Source of the DNA: an uncultured Verrucomicrobiae bacterium | GTDB taxonomy: Bacteria; Verrucomicrobiota; Verrucomicrobiia; Chthoniobacterales; UBA10450 | DNA: 64,000 nt | NCBI GenBank assembly: GCA_963756875.1 | Contig: CAVWPA010000003.1 | Span: 896,001-960,000 of the forward strand | Direction: 5' to 3' | Part shown: piece by piece, positions 40,915-48,844 of the stretch | How the letters are laid out: the number at the start of each line of letters is the position of its first letter | Numbering within the stretch: the stretch's first letter is position 1 | The notes under the pieces: model-generated | Told to the model about the DNA's origin: nothing | The model's database searches: none | Seen by the model: only the letters and a program-made list of their open reading frames with translations | Translations under genes and position numbers: made by a program

Positions 40915-40943
40915 GGCGGTATTAAACTGATTTCTTTCACCCC

Positions 40944-41351
40944 ATGAACTTGCGCGGGCGTGCTCCTCTGCATCATCCCGGGATTCAACTGGCGCCACTG
41001 GTAGATGTCCTGCTTCTCCTGCTCATCTTTTTCCTGCTCACATGGAACGCAGCTCGCAACGAAAATGAGCTGGATGTTAAAGTGCCTAAGGCTTCCGCAG
41101 CCAAGCAAAAGAGCGCGCCGATTGGCGACATCGTTGTGAATGTCAAAGCAGATGGCGATGTAGTCGTGAATCGCCGAACTCTCACGAACCCGCAGTTGAC
41201 CGATCTGTTGAAGAATCTGGTTCAGCTGAATCCGGAGCAGGCCGTGGTGATCCGAGGGGATGAAGCCGGCGCCTACAAAAACATCATCGGCGTCCTCAAC
41301 GTCTGTAGCGAAGCTGGAGTAACCAACGTCGCTTTCGCGACTGCAAAATGA
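40944..41351 (+). CDS. ExbD/TolR family protein
   Basis: LAPLVDVLLLLLIFF, VP.A and VVIRGD. Confidence 0.93.
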   Translation: MNLRGRAPLHHPGIQLAPLVDVLLLLLIFFLLTWNAARNENELDVKVPKASAAKQKSAPIGDIVVNVKADGDVVVNRRTLTNPQLTDLLKNLVQLNPEQAVVIRGDEAGAYKNIIGVLNVCSEAGVTNVAFATAK

Positions 41352-43768
41352 AGATGGTGCGCGGCACAGCCGCCCTTCTTGGGCTGGCGATGCTGGTGGC
41401 AAGCGCGGTTCTCGCCCAGCGACCGGTGGAAATACGTCGAGCCCAGCCGGTGGATGAAACCCCAGCGCCCACGGTGGCGCCTTCCGCCGAGCCCAGCGCC
41501 GCGCCGGTGGAAGCGGAAGCGCTGGAGCACCGTCAACTCCGGTATGCAAACGCGCTTTTCACTCGAAAACTCTACGATCTCGCGCGCCCCGAATATCAAA
41601 AGTATCTGGATGATTATCCCGGAGCATCTGGAAGAGCCAATGCCTATTTTTCGTTAGGCGAATGTGAGCGAAATCTTGGCCACGCTTCGAGTGCCCGAAC
41701 GAACTTTCAAAAAGTGCTGGATGATTATGGCGACAGCGATTTCGCCGGACCGGCGGCCTACGCTTTGGCCGAGATGGCGTTTACTCACAAAGACTACGCG
41801 ACCGCGCTTCCATTGTTTCATCGCTCCGCCGGGAAATCCAAGGAAGCAGCCGTGGCGCTTTCGGCGCGCTACTTCGAAGCGCGTTGTCTCGAGGCTATCG
41901 GGCACAAGGACGAAGCATGCGACATTTATCAGGCAGTGGCTGAAGCAAAGGATCCAAATCCATATCGCGCAGATGCGCGTGCGACAGCCGCCTCGATCGC
42001 GCTGTCGCGGGGGCGAAAAGCCGACGCTCTGACGCAGTACGCGGCGCTTGCCAATGAGACACAGAAACCCGCGTTGAAAGCGGAGGCAACCGTGCGTGCC
42101 GGTCTGCTTGCGGTCGATCTTGCACAACCGGAAAAAGGAAAGGTCGACAAGGCCATGGGCGAAAAGGCGATGACACTGCTTAAAAAGGGCCGTTCGCTCC
42201 CCGAGGCGGGCCGCTGGCGGGCGCTGGCCCAGGTTGGTATCCTGCGCTTGGAGTATCAACTGGGTGAGTTCGATCAGTTGGCCGGCGATTACCAAAAAAT
42301 CCTTCCGAATGTGCCGGAAGAAGCGCGTGCCGAAGTCATGTTGTTTGCTGCGAATGCTGAGCGGCAACTGGGGCATGCTCAGGAAGCCGAAACGCTCTAC
42401 CGCGAGATCATCGACAAATATCCGAACCGCGAAGAGGCCAGGGACGCGCGTTACCAGAGGCTGATCAATGTCTACAACTCCGATCCCTCCACGCTTCCGC
42501 CGGAGGTCGACGAATTCCTTGCTACCAATCCGACCACGGAGCGCGCTGATCAGGCGAAATTGCTAAAGGCGGAGGCGCTTTATAAGCAGCAAAATTATCC
42601 GCGCGCAGCTCCAATCTATGCCGAGCTGCGCGCCTCGCAGCTTTCGCCAAAGTTGCGCACCGAAGCGGCGCTAAAGCTCGGTTTGTGCTGCATTCAAATG
42701 AAGGATAACGCGGGGATCATCGAAGCCTTTACCTACTTCGTGCAGGCCTTCCCCGATAGCCCGCAGGCGCCTTTCGCCTTTGCGCAGCGCGCGCTCGCGT
42801 ACCAGGAAGACAAGAATTACGACGCGGAGCTTTCAGACTTGAACATGATTCTGACGAAATATCCTGACGCGCACGAGCGTGAAGCCGCGTTACAACAGAA
42901 GGCGCTCATTCTGGGCGAGCAACAGGACACTAACGGGATGATCGCAACATTCCGCCGGCTTCTAAAGGAGTTTCCGAAAAGTCCGGTCGCGGCACAAGCG
43001 CAGTACTATATTGGGAAAGCCGCCTTTGAAGCAAAAGACTACAAGACTGCACTGACCGCTCTCGATGCCGCCCGCCAGTTGGACAAAGATCAATATTACA
43101 ATCTCGCCACGGTTCGCATCATTTCGTCTTACTTTTATCTGCATAATCGGGCTGCGGTGACCAGGGAAGTGGATCAATTCATGTCTGAGAGCCCGAACGC
43201 TGTCGTTCCGGGCGAGATCCTGGAATGGCTCGGGATCCAATATTACAACGAAAAAAATTACGTCGCGGCCGAGAAATATTTGAGCGCCCTCGGGAAGACC
43301 GATAATCCGGCGCGTGTGAAGCCCGACTTTTGGTTTTATCTCGGAGACGCCTCCACGAAATTGAAGAATTTCGATGAAGCGGAGCAGGCGTTCGCCAAAT
43401 ATCTGGAGAAAGCTACCGATCCGGCGGGAAAAACGAAGGTGCTGCTGGCGCTCGGGGCGGTGAAAATCGCAGCGGACAAACCGGATGACGCGCAAAAGAT
43501 TGCGGAGCAGATCATGGCGCTGCAACCGGAAGGACGAGTGAATGCGGAGGCGCGGATGCTCGCGGGGGATGTCCAGTTCGAGCGCGGAAGTTTTGAGGAT
43601 GCGGGCAAGACATTTGCAAGCGTTGCTTTGCTTTACGATGATCCCGCGATTACGCCGCGTGCATTGCAAAAGGCGGCGCGGGCTTATCAAAAAGCAGGCA
43701 AAACCGATCAGGCCGACCGACTGACCCGGCAATTGCGGGAGAAATATCCAAACTACGCCGGAGGTTAG
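41348..43768 (+). CDS. Periplasmic all-TPR protein (CpoB/BamD-like repeats)
   Basis: Signal peptide; many TPR pairs ending YP/FP; coupled to exbD by an ATGA overlap. Confidence 0.88.
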   Translation: MKMVRGTAALLGLAMLVASAVLAQRPVEIRRAQPVDETPAPTVAPSAEPSAAPVEAEALEHRQLRYANALFTRKLYDLARPEYQKYLDDYPGASGRANAYFSLGECERNLGHASSARTNFQKVLDDYGDSDFAGPAAYALAEMAFTHKDYATALPLFHRSAGKSKEAAVALSARYFEARCLEAIGHKDEACDIYQAVAEAKDPNPYRADARATAASIALSRGRKADALTQYAALANETQKPALKAEATVRAGLLAVDLAQPEKGKVDKAMGEKAMTLLKKGRSLPEAGRWRALAQVGILRLEYQLGEFDQLAGDYQKILPNVPEEARAEVMLFAANAERQLGHAQEAETLYREIIDKYPNREEARDARYQRLINVYNSDPSTLPPEVDEFLATNPTTERADQAKLLKAEALYKQQNYPRAAPIYAELRASQLSPKLRTEAALKLGLCCIQMKDNAGIIEAFTYFVQAFPDSPQAPFAFAQRALAYQEDKNYDAELSDLNMILTKYPDAHEREAALQQKALILGEQQDTNGMIATFRRLLKEFPKSPVAAQAQYYIGKAAFEAKDYKTALTALDAARQLDKDQYYNLATVRIISSYFYLHNRAAVTREVDQFMSESPNAVVPGEILEWLGIQYYNEKNYVAAEKYLSALGKTDNPARVKPDFWFYLGDASTKLKNFDEAEQAFAKYLEKATDPAGKTKVLLALGAVKIAADKPDDAQKIAEQIMALQPEGRVNAEARMLAGDVQFERGSFEDAGKTFASVALLYDDPAITPRALQKAARAYQKAGKTDQADRLTRQLREKYPNYAGG

Positions 43769-43775
43769 ATCGTGG

Positions 43776-44342
43776 TCAGGCGGTCGCAATCGCAAGCGTT
43801 TCGATCGGCAGCGGCGAGAGGAATTCTTTCGTATCGTCGATTTGCAAAACAGGGCGCGCGAGATGCGCGGCGAGAAAACTGGTGTCAGGCGTAAGAGCAA
43901 TTCCCACCCGAGCGATAATCTCGCATTTGGCCAGTTGTTCGGTTACGTGCAGGAGCTTCTCGGCCGGGCTTTCGAGCCATGGAGCCTCGCCAGGATTTCG
44001 ATGCAATCGGCTGTTGTCTGTAAATTGGATCGTGCAGATACCGGGCGCAGTCGCTTCGATAAACGGACTGAGAGTAAACGCGTGCTGAAGCAGGATTTCC
44101 TGGATTAAATTCTCCTGCTCGCGCGCTCGCACTTTGATTGCGACATGCAAAAAACGAGCCAGTGCCTGACTCGGGGTCATGCCTTTGCGAATGCCGGCCG
44201 ATTCGGCCGGTTCGTTCAGTTGAATAATGACCGGTTTCTTTTCCTGTTCCTCAATCAAGGCGGCGGGCTTCGTCCACAGTTCCGGTTGATGCCGCAACGC
44301 GGCCTGCAGATAAAAATCAGGCAAATAAATTGTCGCAAACAT
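43776..44342 (-). CDS. imuB: Short ImuB-like protein (Y-family polymerase N-terminal part only)
   Basis: IYLPDFYLQ, N..AE.AGIRKGMT.SQA, SPFIE, GIA.T, FLSPLPI; no catalytic DE; directly follows imuA. Confidence 0.72.
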   Translation of the reverse strand: MFATIYLPDFYLQAALRHQPELWTKPAALIEEQEKKPVIIQLNEPAESAGIRKGMTPSQALARFLHVAIKVRAREQENLIQEILLQHAFTLSPFIEATAPGICTIQFTDNSRLHRNPGEAPWLESPAEKLLHVTEQLAKCEIIARVGIALTPDTSFLAAHLARPVLQIDDTKEFLSPLPIETLAIATA

Positions 44343-45056
44343 TTAAATGATGGAGGGACACACGCTGCCTGCCTCGCCGAAGCTGTGCGAAGGCGGGTCG
44401 TGTCCCAAATATTCGGCGCCGACGGCGCGGCGCCCTCCAGACGAGCGTTGGATGCGGAAATGCAGTCGCGAAATCGCGGTCTCTTGTTCAAAAGTTTCCA
44501 GCGTCCACGAATTTTCGAGAACGATTTTCAATTGCGCGCTGGCGACCATGTCATGGCGCGTCAAAACGAGGAAGGCCGTGGACGATCCTTCAACCAGGCG
44601 CTGCAAACGATACCAGCTCGCCTGGGGAATTTTACGCAGCTCTTCCGGAACGTTCAGGACGAGATCGAGAACAAGCAGCGGGAAATTGCCATCGCGTAAA
44701 AGAAGATCGGCGGCCTTGATCGCGTGCCACGCTGTGCTGCAACGCGCCCAAAGTATGTGACTTAAACATGCGTTGCCCAGCGGCTGGGGATCGAAAGAAT
44801 CGCGACCATCGATCAACGCGATGTAATACCGGTCGCGCTGCGCGGCTTGAAGAAGCGCATGAATAAGCGACGCGCTGCCCGCACTCATCTGCGGGCTGAT
44901 CAATTCAGTGATGAGGCTTTTAGGCAGACCGCCGCCGATTACTTCATCGAGAAAAGAAACCCCGGTAGCCAAAAACGTCCCGGGAGACAGGGGAGGGCGG
45001 GGAAAACGCTCAGCCAGTAATTTTCGCAGATCGACGACCTTAGCGCTCGCTGCCAT
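44343..45056 (-). CDS. imuA: ImuA (RecA-like)
   Basis: TG...LD...GGGLP, ITEL, degenerate Walker A, IDGRDSFDP, ADLLLRDGNFPLLVLD. Confidence 0.82.
   Translation of the reverse strand: MAASAKVVDLRKLLAERFPRPPLSPGTFLATGVSFLDEVIGGGLPKSLITELISPQMSAGSASLIHALLQAAQRDRYYIALIDGRDSFDPQPLGNACLSHILWARCSTAWHAIKAADLLLRDGNFPLLVLDLVLNVPEELRKIPQASWYRLQRLVEGSSTAFLVLTRHDMVASAQLKIVLENSWTLETFEQETAISRLHFRIQRSSGGRRAVGAEYLGHDPPSHSFGEAGSVCPSII
44351..44439. repeat. REP-like pair (TGGAGGG...CCCTCCA) inside the imuA 3' end, with a 30-bp insert
   Basis: Two mirrored hairpins; the left one is interrupted by CCTGCCTCGCCGAAGCTGTGCGAAGGCGGG (44368-44397). Confidence 0.75.
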
Positions 45057-45084
45057 ACCCAAAGGATGGCACGAAGAATCGACA

Positions 45085-45098
45085 TGTTCAAGTGAACA
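45085..45098. promoter_or_regulatory. LexA box upstream of imuA
   Basis: TGTTC-AAGT-GAACA matches the Verrucomicrobia SOS box and overlaps the -35 of a TTGAAC-17-CATCCT promoter on the minus strand. Confidence 0.9.
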
Positions 45099-45173
45099 TT
45101 TTCACTTCTCGTCCCGTTTTGGTAGGGCGTTCGCCGCGGCGGACGCCGCTTTAGATTGGAAGCCGCTTCGCTT

Positions 45174-45791
45174 TCAGCGCGACTTCCGACGCGCCTGTTT
45201 TCGCACCAGCGAAACCATCACACCCTGGATTTTCAATTCACGGGCCGGAATCAGATTCGGATAATCCGGGTTTTCGGCTTTTAAATACGGGCGGCCACGC
45301 TCCGTCACATAACGTTTCAGCGTTGTTTCACCGTCGATCAACGCCGCCACGATATCGCCGTTGTGCACTTCCTTGCTCTCCTCCAGAATCACAATATCTC
45401 CGTCGAGAATGTGGGCGCCGATCATTGAATCGCCACGCACGCGCAGAGCGAAGGTGCCGCGGCTTCTTGAAACGTTGGCCGAGCGCGTATCGAGAGAAAC
45501 GTGTCCTTCAATGGTCTGCTCCGTCGGCGCCGACATGCCTGCTGGGATCTGCCCATAGATCGGAACGTCTGTGATCCGAACCTTTTGCACCGGTGTCACC
45601 AGGGCGCGTGCTTTCCGCGCGTGTCGGGAGATGAATCCTTTTCGTTCGAGCGCGGCGATGTACTGCATCACCGATGTCTGGCTGGCGAAACCGAAATGAT
45701 TTTGAATTTCGCGCGTGCTCGGCGTGATCCCTTTCTCTCGCTGTTCGCGCTGGATAAAATCGAGAACGTTCTTTTGACGGCCGGTCAGCAT
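45174..45791 (-). CDS. lexA: LexA repressor
   Basis: LT.RQ, PS.REI HTH, Ala-Gly cleavage site (IPAG), GDSM and TLKR. Confidence 0.97.
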   Translation of the reverse strand: MLTGRQKNVLDFIQREQREKGITPSTREIQNHFGFASQTSVMQYIAALERKGFISRHARKARALVTPVQKVRITDVPIYGQIPAGMSAPTEQTIEGHVSLDTRSANVSRSRGTFALRVRGDSMIGAHILDGDIVILEESKEVHNGDIVAALIDGETTLKRYVTERGRPYLKAENPDYPNLIPARELKIQGVMVSLVRKQARRKSR

Positions 45792-45824
45792 TCTTCAGGT
45801 TCGCTCAGAAACATCCCAGCGGCA

Positions 45825-45838
45825 AGTTCAAATGAACA
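45825..45838. promoter_or_regulatory. LexA box upstream of lexA
   Basis: AGTTC-AAAT-GAACA (one mismatch to consensus). Confidence 0.8.
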
Positions 45839-45889
45839 GATACGATAGTTAGACAGACGTTGAATCGTGAATTGGAGCTGGAAAGAGAG

Positions 45890-46131
45890 CCCTCACCTCG
45901 GTCCTCTGCCTGAGGGATAGGAGGACCAGCCTTGGCAACGCTGTGGCTCGGCCAGCGCGAAACGCCCGGTGAGGGTCAGTGGCACACCGATTTGCGACGC
46001 GCGCGCGCAATTTGGATGCTGCGATGGCGCGCTCGCCAACTTTCTCCCTTTCTGGTCGAGCTTGCGCGAGTCCAGCAAGTTCGTTGCGGCGAGGCGCCGC
46101 AACCAGCACGCGAGGCGCGTGCGCTTCCCAG
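45890..46131. repeat. Composite of repeat fragments
   Basis: CCCTCACCTCGGTCCTCT... (45890, same family as 30486) and a GGGAGCGCACGCG-family half at 46081-46131. Confidence 0.65.
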
Positions 46132-46181
46132 AGCTGAGGCGCGCCGGTCCGCCTAACTAACACTTCAAACGAGACAGTGCG

Positions 46182-46688
46182 CTAGCGGCCGGACCGGCCG
46201 CGCGATTTGGATTTTGGCGGCGGCGAGCTGGTGCTTGCGATCAGTTTGCCCGAGGCATCGTACACGGAATAACCGATCTGTTTGCCCGTCCGATCGTATT
46301 TATAAACAATCTTGTTTGCGACGGCGTCGTTTTCTTTCAGGTGGGTTTCCTGTTCCAGCCGGCCGGCGCCATCGTATTGATAGATGCTTTTAAAACGGAA
46401 CTTTTTGTCTGGGCCGAAGAAGATGCCGCTAACGAACCGTCCGGCATCATCGAGCTGGTAGATGGTTTTACCCATTGGCTTGCCGTTGGCACTGGTGGTG
46501 ACGGCTGTTGCCTGGTGGCGTTCATTATTAAATTGGTAGGTGGTGTGCGAGCCGTCGGCGTTGATGGCGACGGTGACGCGCACGGCATCCTTGTTATTGT
46601 CGTCGAGAAGCTGGCTGCGTGTTGTGGAAAGGAATGAAAAAGCGACGACGCAGGGAAAAACGAACAGAAGCGAACGCCGGAGGATCAT
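46182..46688 (-). CDS. Secreted hypothetical protein with YD-repeat-like beta-hairpins
   Basis: Signal peptide; repeats YQLDDAGR, YQYDGAGR, YKYDRTGK and YDASGK. Confidence 0.75.
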   Translation of the reverse strand: MILRRSLLFVFPCVVAFSFLSTTRSQLLDDNNKDAVRVTVAINADGSHTTYQFNNERHQATAVTTSANGKPMGKTIYQLDDAGRFVSGIFFGPDKKFRFKSIYQYDGAGRLEQETHLKENDAVANKIVYKYDRTGKQIGYSVYDASGKLIASTSSPPPKSKSRGRSGR

Positions 46689-46698
46689 CGAGGAGAAG

Positions 46699-46864
46699 TG
46701 TAGAGGCGAGCGTGGTGGCTGCAAGCCCGGGGAGCGCACGCGCCTCGCGTGCTACGCCAGTCCGGCTCGGAATTGCGGCGCCCTCGCCGCGATGTTTCCG
46801 AAGATAAAAAGTTCGCGATGGCGAGGGCGCCATCGGCGGCACGCGCGACGCGTGCGCTCCCCGG
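46699..46864. repeat. REP-like inverted pair with micro-insertion, preceded by a GTAG-REP half
   Basis: CCGGGGAGCGCACGCG ... CGCGTGCGCTCCCCGG; TGTAGAGGCGAGCGT at 46699 resembles the 7754-7777 REP. Confidence 0.8.
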
Positions 46865-46963
46865 ATTACCGGAGGCGCTGACGCTTCAGCGTGCCGAGTC
46901 GGGGGTGAGGCCAAAAAAAGGAGCTGCAAATGAGGCATTAATTTTTGTTGACCTGCGCCCGGG

Positions 46964-47000
46964 AAGGTGGTTAAGAGTGGGGAAAAGTGGGCCAGAATGG
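46964..47000 (+). promoter_or_regulatory. MraZ-binding direct repeats at the dcw promoter
   Basis: GTGG at 46967, 46977 and 46987 and ATGG at 46997 (exact 10-bp period); TTGACC at 46948. Confidence 0.82.
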
Positions 47001-47019
47001 AACGATTCGCCACGCGCAC

Positions 47020-47469
47020 ATGGTCACGCCTTCCAAAGCTTTCTACGCCGGAGAGTTTCGTCACTTCATCGACGAGAAGAATCGAATCACCATCCCCGCG
47101 CGCTGGCGCCGCGATGGCGCCGAAGAATTCATCATTCTTCCGGAAGCGAGTCATCAATTTTTGCTGGTCATGTCGCCTGAGGAGTTTTCTCGCATGAGCG
47201 CCGCCGCGGAATCCGAGCCGAATGTTTCCGCGCGTGATCGCCGTGTTTTTCTACGCCAGCTGCACTCTCGCGCGCAACATGGCGCCGCCGATCGCCAGGG
47301 GCGCCTCGTTTTGCCGGAAGAGCTCTGCAAAAAAGTCGGATTGAAAGGCGAGGTGGCGCTGGTGGGCGGGCGCGGCCGCTTTGAGATTTGGAATCTGCAG
47401 CGCTGGAAGAAGGCGCACGAAGAAGAGACGCCGACGTACCAGCACGTGGCCAATGTGATTGGTTTGTAA
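47020..47469 (+). CDS. mraZ: Transcriptional regulator MraZ
   Basis: IDEKNRITIP, DRQGRLVLP and FEIW. Confidence 0.95.
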   Translation: MVTPSKAFYAGEFRHFIDEKNRITIPARWRRDGAEEFIILPEASHQFLLVMSPEEFSRMSAAAESEPNVSARDRRVFLRQLHSRAQHGAADRQGRLVLPEELCKKVGLKGEVALVGGRGRFEIWNLQRWKKAHEEETPTYQHVANVIGL

Positions 47470-47480
47470 GTACGAGCGAA

Positions 47481-48482
47481 ATGAATGCATTGTTGTTTGA
47501 ACGGCCGGTTTGGTTTGCGACCGGTCCATTGATCGTCGAGGAGGAGGCGCAGGAAATGGAGGACTTCAGTTATCACCGCCCCGTGCTGATGCAGGAAGTG
47601 GTGGAGTTGCTTGCGCCGCGCCCCGGGTCGCTTGTAGTCGATGCCACTGTCGGCGGCGGCGGTCACACGGAAGCGATTTTGAAAACCGGCGCCGATGTTC
47701 TCGCGCTCGACCAGGATCCGGATGCAATTCGGGAGGCGCGCGAGTCGCTTTCTCCGTACGGCGGCCGGGTTACATTGCGCCAGGCCAATTTTCGCGACGC
47801 CGCTCAAATTCTCGATGAGCTGGGAATCGCCGCAATTGGCGGCGCCCTTCTGGATATTGGCGTTTCGTCGCGGCAACTGGAAAACCCGAACCGCGGTTTC
47901 AGCATGATGCGCAACGGTCCGCTCGATATGCGGATGGATCCGCGGACGCAGTTGACGGCCGCGGACATCGTCAACCAGTACAGCGAAGAGGACCTCACGA
48001 GGTTGTTTCGCGATCTCGGCGAAGAGCCCGCGGCGCGGCGCATCGCCACGTTGATCGTGAAAATGCGCAAGGATGCGCCGTTTAGCGAAACGTTGCAGCT
48101 CGCGCGCGCCATTGAAAAAGTGGTCGGCAGGCATGGCCGCCGGCATCCGGCCACTCAGGCTTTTCAGGCGCTTCGGATGGAAGTGAACGACGAGCTGGGC
48201 GCGCTCGCCGAAGGCCTGCGCGTGCTGACCGCGAGGCTTGAGCCGGGCGCGCGCATTGCGGTCATCACGTTTCATTCGCTCGAAGATCGGATTGTGAAAA
48301 ACTTTTTCCGGGACCGCAGCCGTGAATGGCTGGACCGGCCCGAATGGCCGCAGCCGAAGCGCAATCCGGAACGCGACCTGACTTTGATTACACCAAAACC
48401 GGTTGAGCCCGGTGAGAACGAGCGACGCATGAACCCGCGCGCCCGCAGCGCAAAACTACGCGTGGCGGAGAAGATCCAATGA
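47481..48482 (+). CDS. rsmH: 16S rRNA m4C1402 methyltransferase
   Basis: HRPVL, DATVGGGGH, GPLDMRM, FQALRMEVN, FHSLEDR and RSAKLR. Confidence 0.97.
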   Translation: MNALLFERPVWFATGPLIVEEEAQEMEDFSYHRPVLMQEVVELLAPRPGSLVVDATVGGGGHTEAILKTGADVLALDQDPDAIREARESLSPYGGRVTLRQANFRDAAQILDELGIAAIGGALLDIGVSSRQLENPNRGFSMMRNGPLDMRMDPRTQLTAADIVNQYSEEDLTRLFRDLGEEPAARRIATLIVKMRKDAPFSETLQLARAIEKVVGRHGRRHPATQAFQALRMEVNDELGALAEGLRVLTARLEPGARIAVITFHSLEDRIVKNFFRDRSREWLDRPEWPQPKRNPERDLTLITPKPVEPGENERRMNPRARSAKLRVAEKIQ

Positions 48483-48844
48483 GCCGTTCCCGTAGAAAAA
48501 ATTGGAACACGGTCGACGCGGCCTCGCTGGCGCGCTGGATTGTGCTCACCGCGTTCGTGGCATTGATCGGGTTGAGCTATGTGTACCTGACGCTGCAACT
48601 TTATCACCTGGGCGATCGCAGGAAAGCTCTCGAGACCGAACTGGCCAGTCTGCGCGCGCAAAACGACGTGGCCCGCGATCAAATTGCGGCCTTGACGTCG
48701 CGGACCGCCTTGCAGCGGCGGTTGAAGGAAGGATATCTGAAGATGGTTCCAATCGGCGAGCACAACATCGTGCGGCTGACCATGCCGGCGCGAAACGAGG
48801 AAGATGCCGTTCAACCGGTATCCAATCAGCCCGTCACCAGATGA
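48479..48844 (+). CDS. ftsL: Cell division protein FtsL-like
   Basis: Basic N-tail, one TM, coiled coil; lies between rsmH and ftsI. Confidence 0.75.
   Translation: MSRSRRKNWNTVDAASLARWIVLTAFVALIGLSYVYLTLQLYHLGDRRKALETELASLRAQNDVARDQIAALTSRTALQRRLKEGYLKMVPIGEHNIVRLTMPARNEEDAVQPVSNQPVTR

Noticed and set aside
963..46864. CRISPR array from the recurring palindromes
   Set aside because: Copies are dispersed and inverted, with no regular spacers and no cas genes.
48502..48840. Long N-terminal extension of FtsI from the ORF track (also 8895, 12051, 16258, 47388, 55811)
   Set aside because: Most of these upstream starts overlap neighbouring genes; downstream ATGs give proper N-termini.
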